Positions 50,861 through 64,000 of a stretch of DNA of 64,000 bases are shown piece after piece. The DNA is from Octopus sinensis (taxonomy: Eukaryota). How positions within the stretch are numbered: position 1 is the stretch's first letter; each line of letters opens with the position of its first letter. The stretch spans positions 62,001 to 126,000 of the forward strand of contig NW_021832224.1 of NCBI RefSeq assembly GCF_006345805.1, written 5' to 3'. The translations under genes and the position numbers were made by a program. The notes beneath the pieces were generated by a model. That model searched no databases. It worked only from the letters and a program-made list of their open reading frames with translations, and was not told the DNA's origin.

Positions 50861-51365
50861 ATACATCTGTTTGGAAACTTTTAGTGCGCATTTTATACTA
50901 AAGGATTGTAAATTTAAAAATCACGTTCCCATTAATTAAAATAAAACCATTATTTGACAAATGAAACAAAATTCAGGTAAAAAATCATTTTAAATTAGCT
51001 CAACAAAGTTAAAAAAAGCAATAAAAGTCATTTCATTAGCCTGTACTTGAAACCAATCAGCCTTGTTTAAAAAGACGCTGAGAATACACCAAACATAACT
51101 TTGTTGGTGACTTTTGGACACTATTTTTTTGTAGTAAATCCTCAAAATTCTCATAGCCTCCAATCAGGCTGATTTGAAGCCATTATTCTATTAACAGAAA
51201 TATGTGTTTTATAAATTTGAAACCCACTTTTTCAAAGGAAAAGGAAATAAAAAAGATTTTGTGAAAAAACAGTGAAAATGACTCCGTTGCGACCCAAACA
51301 AACGACTTTCCACTTTTGGAAGGTAAGATAGTCATCCTATCCTTAGGTTATTTGTTTCCGAAATC
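50861..51365. repeat. ~500-bp direct repeat, copy A
   Basis: Closely matches 53744-54274; sub-segments re-duplicated at ~51380-51493 and 52684-52795. Confidence 0.9.
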
Positions 51366-51493
51366 AAGCTTAAATAGCCACCAATCAAGTTGATTTGAAG
51401 TTATTATTCTATTAGCAGAAATATGTGTTTTATATATTTGATTTGAAGCCATTATTCTATTAGCAGAAATATGTGTTTTATATATTTGGAAAC

Positions 51494-52683
51494 GCTCAAT
51501 TTCTTTTCTAAGTGAAAGTATGCTCCTTGGACTCCTTTTGGACTTAAAACGCAGAAGTGGTGCTTGCAAAAGAAGCTTCTCGATTCTTCATGCCGAAATG
51601 TTGAAAAAAACTCATCTGGCCACTATTGAAGAATACTTGAAGCACAAATATTCTTTGGAAGATTCACTTTTACTGAAAAAAAACTGTTGTCAGATGCGCA
51701 GAACAAACGCCTACTGGATCAGACCTTCTCAAAAAGTCTTCACTCAATTCTCTATAAAAATTCTAAGGAAGATTTCGTGAAGGTTGAAGATTCCAGTCAC
51801 TGGCTAGCCAGAGGCAATAATTCTCCACGGTCGGAAAGCTTGTTCTGTCTTCTACAGGATAGAAATTTATTTTTCGCAGACCACAATTTAATGTGTCCAC
51901 ATTGTATGAAATGGAAGAAGACTGTCGACCACTGTGCTACCAGATGTGAAAAGATGCTGCATGGGGACTATGTTAGAAGGCATAATGAAGTAGTTAGGTG
52001 TATTCATTTTCATTTATGTCGAGAATTCGGACTCAAGAATCTGAAAACTCACTCTGTACAAACTGTGTCTGTTAATGAGTTTGTCGAAATCAAAGTGGAC
52101 ACCTTCATTAAAACAGACATAATACTAGAACATAACAAGCCCGGTTTGTTTGTCTTTGACAAGAAGAACAACAGGATATTCCTGATTAAGGTTGGGATAA
52201 CATCTGCCCCAAACCAACAACAAGTGGAGGTAAAAAAACTTAGAAAGTATGACCTTATATCAAAGGAACTGGAGTTGATATATATCATGCCAATGTGAAA
52301 ATAGTACCGATTGTATTAACTTGGGACGGACTTGTCACTTCAAAATTCCAACAGTATGCACAATCGTTGAACATCAATGAGAGAACACATGCGTATACAA
52401 TCACTCACTATTAAAAAAACCCTTGAGAGCATGATTGTTTCCTATAGGAACAGAATTAAGCCATGCCAAAGGACTCTCGAACTGGACAAAAGAATAAAAG
52501 CTATTTATCGACAAATAGATATGACCATAACTTCGCCACTGCCTGTCAGCACTTCCCAAGGAAAGAGGCTGGCATCCTTACCTGAGGGAATATCAGAATA
52601 GAGGAAGTAATGAACAGATTGAGAAAATTATACTTTAATTAATACTCAATTTTAATTTCATTTTTATAATTGTATATAAAAAC
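51494..52683 (+). mobile_element. 5'-truncated R4/Dong-like non-LTR retrotransposon (CCHC + RLE), flanked by a probable TSD
   Basis: CPHC..TVDHCATRC, DYVRRHNEVVRCIH, HNKP.LFVFDK..IFLI.VGIT, KKLRKYDL; tatatatttg(g)aaac on both sides. Confidence 0.85.
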
Positions 52684-52809
52684 TATATATTTGAAACCCG
52701 TTTTTAAAGGAAAAGGGAATAAAGAAAGACTTCGTAAAAATGTGAAAATGACTCCGCTGGGACACGAACATGCCACTTTCCACTTTTGGAAAATATTATT
52801 TCCTTTCTT

Positions 52810-53743
52810 TTATTTCCTTTAGATAACCACTCTGAGGATGTGGCTAGATCAACATTTTGTTCGTCCATGCATTTGAATAGAACCGAATGTAGCATTTTAC
52901 AATTGATGTTCTTAAGCAAATATTTTCTTTGAGCATCTTTGATAAACTCAACACCCAAATTCTCCATGTCGAGAATTGCATACTTGGAGACGAGAAATCC
53001 TGCAATTGTGGCCATATGCCATTTATTTGTTTGTATCACACGCAGGATTCCCGATCTCCGTAAGCATACTGTCGACTGTCTTTCTAAACTTTTCATGAAC
53101 TGGAAAAGTATCAGTTCACTTCTGAAGGAGACTGAAGCAAGTCCTCTCCCAAGAGATTTCCGATTTAAATATAACCTCTCTTTATTAGCAGGTTTGAGAT
53201 GGAGTCTGAGAGTCGTAAGAAGTTGTCGTATTTGACGGTCAATACAATCAAATTCATGAGGTTCAATATTAATGAGTCCGATGTAATAATTATATAGAGA
53301 AATGGCATGTTCATCTATAGCGTGGAATAAATTTACCGCATTTAATTTCGTCTTTGAAAGCATGGTTATCCTTTCCTTTACATTTCCAAGGATAGAATCC
53401 ATTACTTTACTCTTAAGAACATTACTTCCTGCATCTTCAAGTACACCCAAGTAGCGATATCCTTTGACTCCTTCCAAAATCTCACAACAAGATAAAGATT
53501 TGACATTTGATGCTGACTTTCTGAATTCATCTCCAAGCCAACAGTTTTAAAGAATCCATCAACAGCTTCCATCATTTTAATTACTACATCTTCTTTAAAA
53601 GCGAATATCTTTAGGTCGTCAATGAAGAACAAATGATTAGTAGAATAGGTCAACATATTTGGGTCCTGTTGATTAATCTGAACCTTTGGAAACATGGCAT
53701 TAAGAATCCTGCTTAGTGGGTCCATCACCATAACAAACAGTTG
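52810..53743 (-). mobile_element. R4/Dong-like RT internal fragment
   Basis: LFVMVMDPLS, NHLFFIDDLKIF, GLEMN, YRYLGVLE, KERLYLNRKSLGRGL. Confidence 0.88.
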
Positions 53744-54274
53744 ATACATCTGTTTGGAAACTTTTAGTGCGCATTTTATACTAAAAGATTGTAAATTCAA
53801 AAATCACGTTCCCATTAATTAAAACAAAACCATTATTTGACAAATGAAACAAAATTCAGGTAAAAAGTCATTTTAAATTAGCTCAAAAAAGTTAAAAAAA
53901 GCAATAAAAGTCATTTCACTAGCCTGTACTTGAAACCAATCAGCCTTGTTTAAAAAGACGCTGAGAATACACCAAACATAACTTTGTTGGTGACTTTTGG
54001 ACACTAATTTTTTTTCATAGCTTCCAATCAGGCTGATTTGAAGCCATTATTCTATTAACAAAATATGTGTTTTATATATTTGATTTGAAGCCATTATTCT
54101 ATTAGCAGAAATATGTGTTTTATATATTTGAAACCCGTTTTTTAAAGGAAAAGGGAATAAAGAATGACTTCGTAAAAAATGTGAAAATGACTCCGCTGGG
54201 ACACGAACATGCCACTTTCCACTTTTGGAAAATAAGGTAGTCGTCCCATCTTTAGGTTATTTGTTTCCGAAATC
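53744..54274. repeat. ~530-bp direct repeat, copy B, with an internal ~48-bp tandem duplication
   Basis: tgatttgaagccattattctatta(a/g)ca(g)aaatatgtgttttatatatt occurs twice in tandem; otherwise matches copy A. Confidence 0.9.
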
Positions 54275-54585
54275 GAGGTCAACACGATCAAGAATTTTAA
54301 AAAATTTAAATACAAAACAGGAAATAATTTCGAGTTTCCTTTCTTTTAGAACTTTCTTTGATTTAAGCTTATTTTGATTGATTTTTTGGAACAATGAGAT
54401 TAAAAACTAGTTTTGATGTGTGATAAAAATATAGAATTTTATTAGAATAATAAATTTACTAATAGATATTTTAAATAAATATTTGTTTATTAATATTTTT
54501 TAAAATTATTCTTAAATAAAATAGCATACGTATATTTTTTTAATCTGTGTGTGGTACAGTCAATACATAATTTCATCGTATAAAT

Positions 54586-57500
54586 ATGAACGATTATACC
54601 AATAATCAACACTATTTTGCAAATCAACAATATCCACCAACGAATTTAAACCAAGAACACGTATTTATCCATCTAATTATCATTAGGTTAAAAACTATCA
54701 ACCAAACTACCCACCAACTACCCAACAGATCTATCAACCTATTCCCCTACAAAGTTACCCTCCAAATACCAACCAGAACTATCCACCTATTCCCCCACAG
54801 AGCAATCCTCCAAATGCCAACCAGAACTATCAATTTATCCCTCCACAGAGTCATCCTCCAAATCCGAACCAGAACTATCAATTTATGGCTCCACAAAGTC
54901 ATCCATCAACCTACCAACCCAAGCAGAACTATCCACCTATTCCCCCACAGAGCAATCCTCCAAATACCAACCAAAATTACCAATCTATTCCCCCACAGAG
55001 TTATCCACCAACCTACCAACCGAACTATCCACCTTCCTCCCAACAGAACTATTTATCTACGTCAAATTCTCATCATACCTATCAGCCAGATTCGCAGCAG
55101 ATCTTCCAACCTATCCCACAGAACTATAACCAGGACTGCCAGCAGAATTACTCGCAAAGTCGATCTCAAAGTTCGACTACGACAAACGAGAGTAATCTTC
55201 CTTCTGTGGTCTGAAAATGTTTTTATTTTTCAGATTCAAAAAGTGGAAGAAGAGAGGACATTTACGTCTGTCTACGAATCGACAAAGACACGAGAAAAAC
55301 CCCCATTTCCGTCATGCAACTTCACCGTGGTTGACAAAGGGTGTGCTTCTCCGCGATTTGTCCGTTCTACCCACCACATATTCCCCGCTTCCACAGAACT
55401 GTACAAAAAACTGACTGTGCCTATGGGATTGCTAATACAACCATTTGCCCGACTCCGTTCTGATGAAGTTGCTCATTTTTTTCAGTTTTGTAGGAGCCGT
55501 TGCCTGTGGTTGACAAAACAGAGGGGACCAGTCGCTGCACTCGTTGCCGAGCCTATTTCTCTCCTTTTATAACCTACCACAGTGGGGGATACAAGTACAT
55601 CTGTCCTCTGTGTGAGAACATCAATGAAGGTATTTATTCAGTATAATGTCCTTAGTGTCGAAAAATGATTTCTGTCCTCTCGATTATACGGGAATGCCTT
55701 CCAATATGTCCGAACGGCCAGATTTGAGGTTTGGTTCGTACGAGTATGTGGTCTCCCCCACAATGTGTCAGGTTTGTCGTATTTGTGATTGTTAGGAGGA
55801 TCGAGTGGCTAGGCCTCCTGTGTTTATATTTATGCTTGATGTGTCTTATTTGAACGTAAATAACGGGCTGGTGGAGTTTTATTGCACGTATTTGAAAGAT
55901 TATGTGCTTTCTGTTCTTCCCAAGTATAATTTGGCTTGTCATTTCAGGAATGGCCAAGAAAATTCAAACATTGAAGTGGCGTTCATAACTTATGATACAA
56001 AAATAACTCTCTACAGCTATTCAGTCAGAAATTTACATATTTATTGATAGTATGAGCTGAATCGTCCCCAGATGATGACTATTACGGATATTAAAGACAT
56101 TTGTGTGCCAATGGCACCTCAACACTTCCTAATTAAGCCACACGAGTCTGCAAAGGAGATTGATAGGTTATCTTGTTGTGTTTATTGCAAGTATTTTGTC
56201 GTTGATTAGACAGGAATATTCCAAAAGCAGTACAAGTGAGTGCATTCTGGGCCCAGTCATCACATTGGGCTGTGAGTTGATTAATTCTCTCAAAGGGTGT
56301 GGGAAATTGCTGGTTTTCCACTCAGCCCTCCCCACGGCCAATGCACCCGGGGGACTGTACATCAGATCGGGGGCAGTTTCCAAAAAGGCGGGGGTTTGCA
56401 TCCTCTTTTATATATAAAGGATTTGTTGAGTCCTCAAAATGATTATTATGACAAATTGGGAGAACTTTGTGCTAAAACTGCCTGTTCAGTTGAACTATTT
56501 TTGTTCCCAAACACATTTTGTGATGTTGTTACTCTGTCGCCTCTCTGTCGGAAAACTGGGGGGAGATTGTACAAATATAACGCATTTCAAGTTGTTTTAT
56601 TGTCATAACACAGGCGTGTACTGACGGGCTTCGGTTTCTCCAAGACCTCCAAATGAACGTGTCGGCGGCAAACCAAGCCTTTGATTGCTGTTTCACTCTA
56701 AAAACGTGTTTAGGTATTTATTGGTGATATTCCGCAGAGGTGGTTGAGACTGCGTCATATGGCAATTTCACGGAAGGGAATTGGCCCACATTAAAAAACG
56801 TGGCTGTTCTCGACGAGTATTCAACTATTGCGATCGAGTTGTCTGTGAATAGCAACTTTTCCTCCTCCGGCTTTGCCTATTTCCAGGTTTTCTTCCCTTT
56901 TTATGTTGTAGGCGCTAATAATATACACAAACATATTCGGACAGAGGATGCTCCGTGTGCATAACGTTGCATACCCCACGGCATCTACTTTGATCACTCT
57001 GGTGGACAATTCCGACTGTTTTGGGCTCGCGACGTTGTTCTGCAAACGTTCGTTGAATACCACGTTGACAAAAACATTCAATGAAGTTGAAGCCGGCATT
57101 GTGAAGGTCGTCGGCATTTCCTTGTCTCGATTCCGGGCGGATGGAAAGTTCGCGAAGGGCTCGAACTTGCTTCTCCCAAAGAGTATTGATATTTTGCCCA
57201 TTTTGATTCTCGGTTTCCTTAAAATTCGGTGTTTCTCAAAACGTGCGTGATTTTGTGTTGTATTTGTAGATCCCTTCGACTGTGATGAAATTGCTACGTG
57301 TTTGACTTTTTTGTCGTCTTGTTCTGTGGATAGTGTGCTTCCGTACTTCTATCCGTCTGTTTATGATTTGGTTTGTTGTTTTGATTTGTTGATTTGTTAG
57401 ACTGACCACCAGTTTGCTTCATTCGAGTCGCTCGATGTTTTGATCAGCAGTGGCACTCTCCGTCCTGTTTCCTGCAACTTTCGAAACTTTGGTCGGCAGA

Positions 57501-57942
57501 AGGCATTTTTAATCGGTTTTGTTTTTTTTGTATTTTTTAGATTCTGGTTTTCGGCGTATTTTATGGATTGGAGACCAAGTTGATGAAAAATGGTTGATGG
57601 ATGTGCTTGGAGTTGCTTCTATCAGTCAATTCGATCCCAACACTCTTCAAAAAGTCGGGATTGTTTGTGTTATGTTTTAGTTGGCTCTCCCAAGGTATGA
57701 CAACGTCCCTTCACGGTGTCTTCATAAGCTTTGTGATTGGCTGTCCATAGGTCGTTCCAACCAGCCGAAGGTTTATATATATTTGCCATTGTTAGTTATT
57801 GTTGGCATGCGGTAGCCCCAATGAGCAGGTTCAGACAGTAAGCGTACAAGACTTTTTGGTGGAAAGTCCTGGTTTGGTGGTGGGAAAGTCGTATCAACAG
57901 TTTTTGATTGATATTAATCATATTACTATTTCTGATAATTGA
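54586..57942 (+). CDS. SEC24C: COPII cargo adaptor Sec24 (C/D type)
   Basis: DKGCASPRFVRST, PMGLLIQPFA, RCTRCRAYFSPF...ICPLC zinc finger, RPDLRFGSYEY, PVFIFMLDVSY, GKLLVFHSALP..APG, SVELFLFPN..CDVVTL, YFQ|ALIYT...RMLRVHN. Confidence 0.92.
54715..55050 (+). repeat. Coding tandem repeat (~48 bp, ~16 aa, e.g. NQNYPPIPPQSNPPNT) in the Sec24 N-terminus
   Basis: About 7 imperfect copies of ccagaactatccacctattcccccacagagcaatcctccaaataccaa. Confidence 0.85.
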
Positions 57943-58189
57943 TATTTATTCTTTTTTAATTTATTTGGTTTTTGAAACTGTTTTTATCAAAAAAGCTGAA
58001 AGAAGATTCATAGGAAATGTAACTTCTATTAAAAAGGCTTAAAGTCCAACTATATTTTGCAATTTTAACTCTGTGATCATGGGCTAAAATTATAATAGTT
58101 ATTCTATACATAAAAAATAAGCCGTAGATGTAAAAATGTCGCTGAATTAAATAATTGTCAAAATTTTTCAATTTGATGTTCATAAATCA

Positions 58190-58400
58190 ACAATCGAGTC
58201 TGCAGTTGGAGTTCAGCAGGGCCACCCTCCACTCTTATTCTTCCTTGCAATCCACTAAATCGCGAGATCTTTTAGAATTGCTATTAACTTATGGTATCTG
58301 GACGATGGTGCAATTGAAGGGAACCCCGAAATCATCCTGGGAACGCTCGATCACTCGTGTTAAGTTTCCGAGCTTTCAAGTTTGAATTCAACTGAGAAGG
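58190..58400 (+). mobile_element. CRE-like RT fragment
   Basis: IESAVGVQQG and, after a frameshift, WYLDDG. Confidence 0.65.
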
Positions 58401-58649
58401 TGCAAATTTCAACAGCCACTCTTGACTCTGAATACTAAGGAATTCCCTATCTATCCCAAACCTAAGAGAAGAGCCAAGTGCTATAAGTAGGGCAACCACA
58501 AAGTTGACCTAAAAAAGCAAAAATTGACCTTCATAAAGATAACAAAATTGATTCAAAAAAGAGGAAAGTTGGCCAAAATGTAGACCAAAAGAAGTTTTAA
58601 GATAAATTTTGAGCAATAATTTTTTTCTAAAAATATTAATTATATAGAA

Positions 58650-59230
58650 TGTCACAGTCCGAAGCTGCCTCGAAAGGTTCAGAATCAGAAAACTATCTGA
58701 TCTTTACATTCGAAAATGGAGTTGTATTCTACAATAGAACTGGTCTAAATTGCATTTTTTTGCGAGGATGAAATGGAGCTGAAGCTTAAATTATTGAAGT
58801 AGAATCTATCTCAATATAATTTAGGCGGAACATAATCTTAATCACTTTGGACGGGACCGCTTATTCTCAAAGCTGAGAAGATTGATTTATGGAGTCACAA
58901 GGGAAGAGATACAGCGTGTAATTTCTCGTTGTGCACCATGCAAGCATACGTGAATTTAATAAATGCTGGTGAAAAAATGGTAAAACGAAGAAAGTGGAGA
59001 TTTAATGAGGGATCCATTGAATTGGAGCTCAGCATTATTAAAGTTGAATTTGTCTTAATTTAATTTTAAGACAAGATAACGATGCAAACATAAGAAAATT
59101 TCCTTTGTTTGATGGAGTTGAAATAAGAAAATTCAAATTCAAGGAAGCAAACAATATATATAAGATCCAAAGTAAAGATGGGGAGATAATCGAGGCAATT
59201 CATCATTTCAGATTATCTAAAATTGAATAA
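58650..59230 (+). mobile_element. Ginger/KRBA-like integrase relic (zinc-binding region)
   Basis: NHFGRDRLFSKLRRLIYGVTREEIQRVISRCAPC, H..C..C integrase zinc-finger pattern. Confidence 0.55.
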
Positions 59231-59419
59231 TTAATTTAAATTTATAATAAATTTCAAAAAAATAATAAATTTGCAATATTAAATTAATGGATAGGCCTAA
59301 ATTTAATAATTAAATTAATGGATAGCCCTAAATTTAATAAAAGCTTACGTTAGCGCAAATTTATACGGTATGTCGGTTTTATTGAAAGAATTTATTGGAT
59401 TTTATCAATTTGATGTTGG

Positions 59420-60520
59420 CGTTTCATTAACGGCGTGTTTCATTAACCGGCTGTGACATAGAATCATATAATATTTGACGTGTTCAGTTTTAAAATTTCG
59501 GTCTTTGGCCAAATTCTATGAAGAGCTGAAAACGAGCGCTTCACTGAACACGTAGTGGCCTGAAACTGGAGTAGTTGAAACTTTTTTAAAGGCAAAAAAA
59601 TTTCATTTTCCGTTAGAATTTTTAGAATTTCTCTTCTCGATATATTCATCTATTTTACATGTATCTTCTTTTAAATCGAGTTTTCTCAGAAAATCGAGAC
59701 GAATAGTCGAAGAAAGCAGTTTAGGTCAAAAACTGCTAATGATTGAGAAGCCGTTGCCCCTCAGGATCGCAATGGATATTATTTGGAACAGCCATTGCTT
59801 CTCTTGATCAATTGTCCGATTCCCCCAACGAGACTCAGAGATTTGTTGGTCATGGCTCCGGATGCTTCAACGGACATTGGGAAAAAGATCACGTTGTTCG
59901 TTAAGTTAGATTATTTTAAGATTTAAGTTCTTCTGCCTTTATAGCGGCTTAGAAAATTGTATGTTTTTGGATAGGAACGTCCTTTGACTCAATTTCACTA
60001 AGAACATCAACGAGTGAAGAATATTTATTTTATGTCTCTTTTAAATCATTAAAAAGTCCTTCAATTTTTTTGTTGATTCCATTGCTCTTCGAATCAAGAT
60101 GGATTCCCCTTTTAGCGAATTGCATATTTCCAACACTCTGCGAAAATTTTCCGCGTAGTACTTGATTACTCGGAGCCAGCTTCCCCATTTAGAAGAAATA
60201 GGTTCTAGAGGTAGACCTATTTCAGCGAATAATTGCCTTCGATTATTAATTTTTAAAAACAAGTTCTTTTTTGAGGGAATTAAGATATCCACTACAAGAT
60301 AATTTAGTTTTATTTTTAATGCACAATTGTGAATTAAATGTGCAATACATGTTACTGGAATAGATTAGAATACAATTTTTTAGTGTTTTACGACTGAAAT
60401 CATATATTTTGCCACGTCGGTTAATAACAAATAAAATTTTTTCCTTTCAACATTTTCACATCTAATCGTATTATCCACAATCTGACATACAATTGATTCC
60501 AATCGATAAGATAGCTAAAT
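59420..60520 (-). mobile_element. Degenerate hAT-like transposase interrupted by a CRE-like 3' fragment (~59700-59960)
   Basis: LLTDVAKYM, VTCIAHLIHNCA, P..SKWGSWL...YY, TCSVKRSFS; the nested piece matches 1016-1333 in reverse complement. Confidence 0.65.
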
Positions 60521-60899
60521 TGAGGATACGTTATTTTCTTAATAAGAATATTTAAATATTTTTCTTTACAGGCATCAGCCTATATTTATATTTTTTTAAA
60601 TCTTTAAACGGAAAATTAAAAAATGGCACAAAAATTGACAAAGTTAACTTAAAAAACTTTCAAAATAAAGGTTTTTTAATAAAAATTGTACTTCTAGTAT
60701 TTTTATGAAAGAATAATTGTTGAGCTGGCTTTATTGACTTTTGGTTACCCTAGCTTTAAGATTACGCTAAAAGAAAGCATTCTGAACATCTGGTTTAATG
60801 CACAGTCATAAAACAAGCTACTCTACCAGTCTCCTTTAGACACTTCGGCCTAAGTAATCCATCTGACCATCACACATGGGGTACTTCTTCAACGTACTC

Positions 60900-61260
60900 T
60901 TATCAAAAAAGTCCTTTTCCACTAAGAACATTATCAGGCTCGAATTCAACTACGGAAAGTGCAAATGTCGACATTGGACTCTTTCTACTGTATAAGTAGA
61001 GCCTTATCCGAACGGGCCGAAGGGAAGAAAAGCCAGAAATATGCAATGTCGAAAATGACAGTGTGTTTGACATTGGCAGTCGAGACGTTTGGAATACATG
61101 GGGCTTCCACTCTAAGTCTGCTCCCACAGATCGGGTCTCGATAACTAAACTAATTGATGCCCAAATTGTCACAAAATCTGACAATAAGAATAAAATGTGG
61201 ACAATACAATAGAATCTCACCTTAAAAACCTTGGAAACCTGTCGGAACTTCTTTCAGACA
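60900..61260 (+). mobile_element. CRE-like 3' fragment
   Basis: RAEGKKSQKY...LAVETFG. Confidence 0.55.
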
Positions 61261-61354
61261 ATACAATAAGTAGTCTTTTCTCCTCTAAAGTTAACCCATG
61301 AGAAAATCACATGTTCAGATTAATCAGTAGCCACAAGCAAGTCCAGAATTGTAA

Positions 61355-63174
<1,820 letters not shown>

Positions 63175-63463
63175 TTGGTTGGCTTTAATTTCTTGACTGT
63201 CTTTATTTTTGGTGGAATCTTTTTTTAATGTCAATTATTTGCTAATTGTTTCGAATGTCGGTGTATATTAGTGATAGTGAGGAATGCTATATTTCCATCA
63301 AAGGTCGGTTGTGAGTTTTTCTTTTTCGAATATGCACTGATTAATCAACAAAAAACAAGACATTGTGATAGAAGATGGATTCTAAATTTCACAGAATCTA
63401 AATTAGGAATTGTCAGTATTATTATTCAACCAAGACCACCGTCTAAAAACACAAAATAACTAA

Positions 63464-64000
63464 TCAGGTGATCCCAGCTTCTCTAAGGTGAATCCTCATT
63501 TTTGAATAAAAATTCTGAGAATGTCGAGTTTCTTTATCACGTGTCTTGCAGTCGTCGGTTATCAACGGAATTGAACAGTATTCAATTTCATTACAAAATT
63601 GTTGAAAACGCAAAAATAAAATTGTTGAAGGAACTTGAGACTTTCTCGAGCGTGTCTCCCTCTTGTCTCTCTGGTGGGCAGTGATGTTCTATGTCATCAC
63701 AAAGCGACTTTCCATCAGTAAGACACGCGACGTTTGCTTCTTTTGCTTTAAGCATTAATGTCAAAGCTCTAAATATTATCCCTTCAAATCGTATATTAGC
63801 AAGCATTAACGTTTTTCTAAAATTTTTGTGTTAGAGCAAGAGCTATGAAGAAAAAGAAATACTATTAAACATTCAATTAATGGAAAATCTAACACAAAAA
63901 TAAGTGACAATCTAAATATGCCTCAATCCTCCATAAACCGAATACTTTGTTGATTTAGAAAATCCGGAGATATTGAGAGTAATTATACAAGCTACGTGTG
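63464..64000 (-). CDS. Unidentified gene, probably 5'-partial, ending KMRIHLREAGIT*
   Basis: Open frame FCNEIEYCSIPLITDDCKTRDKETRHSQNFYSKMRIHLREAGIT*; terminus shared with 45089-45127. Confidence 0.4.

Noticed and set aside
50861-54274. LTR retrotransposon suggested by the flanking direct repeats, or SL/snRNA identity of the repeat
   Set aside because: Interior is two convergent non-LTR fragments with no gag or integrase and no TG...CA ends; no convincing Sm site or leader found.
54586-55572. 328-aa Ile/His/Arg-rich ORF as a novel protein
   Set aside because: Wrong-frame read-through of Sec24 introns; the spliced frame is the Pro/Gln/Asn repeat.

Overview
Compact eukaryotic (metazoan) nuclear DNA, not prokaryotic. 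Conserved genes are split by many spliceosomal mini-introns, mostly 21-30 nt, so the ORF track shows only fragments. Reconstructed by hand: a C17orf98/SPMAP1-like gene, ORC1, ATR, an EMI1/FBXO5-like gene, SPT16, a secreted tandem-I29 protease-inhibitor-like gene, crooked neck (CRNKL1), ESRP/fusilli, SENP/Ulp1, DNAJC19/PAM18, RAB14, RPL31, PAF1, an intronless GTF3C2-like gene, SEC24C/D and RUVBL2. Between the gene clusters are transposon remains: RTE, CRE-like, R4-like and Tx1-like non-LTR elements, Tc1, Ginger/KRBA-like integrases, hAT and MULE. Animal-specific genes plus ~25-nt introns point to a dicyemid or a similarly reduced animal parasite (inference). Most notable: (1) an RTE retrotransposon with a twin-priming-type 2.9-kb 5' inversion; (2) a sawtooth AC-to-GT strand skew that resets at short AT islands, even inside genes; (3) many stop-free 3n mini-introns, plus GC-AG and one GT-GG intron; (4) trimmed core proteins (ORC1 without BAH, CRNKL1 without its C-tail, EMI1-like without F-box). 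All gene models are manual and unverified by RNA data.
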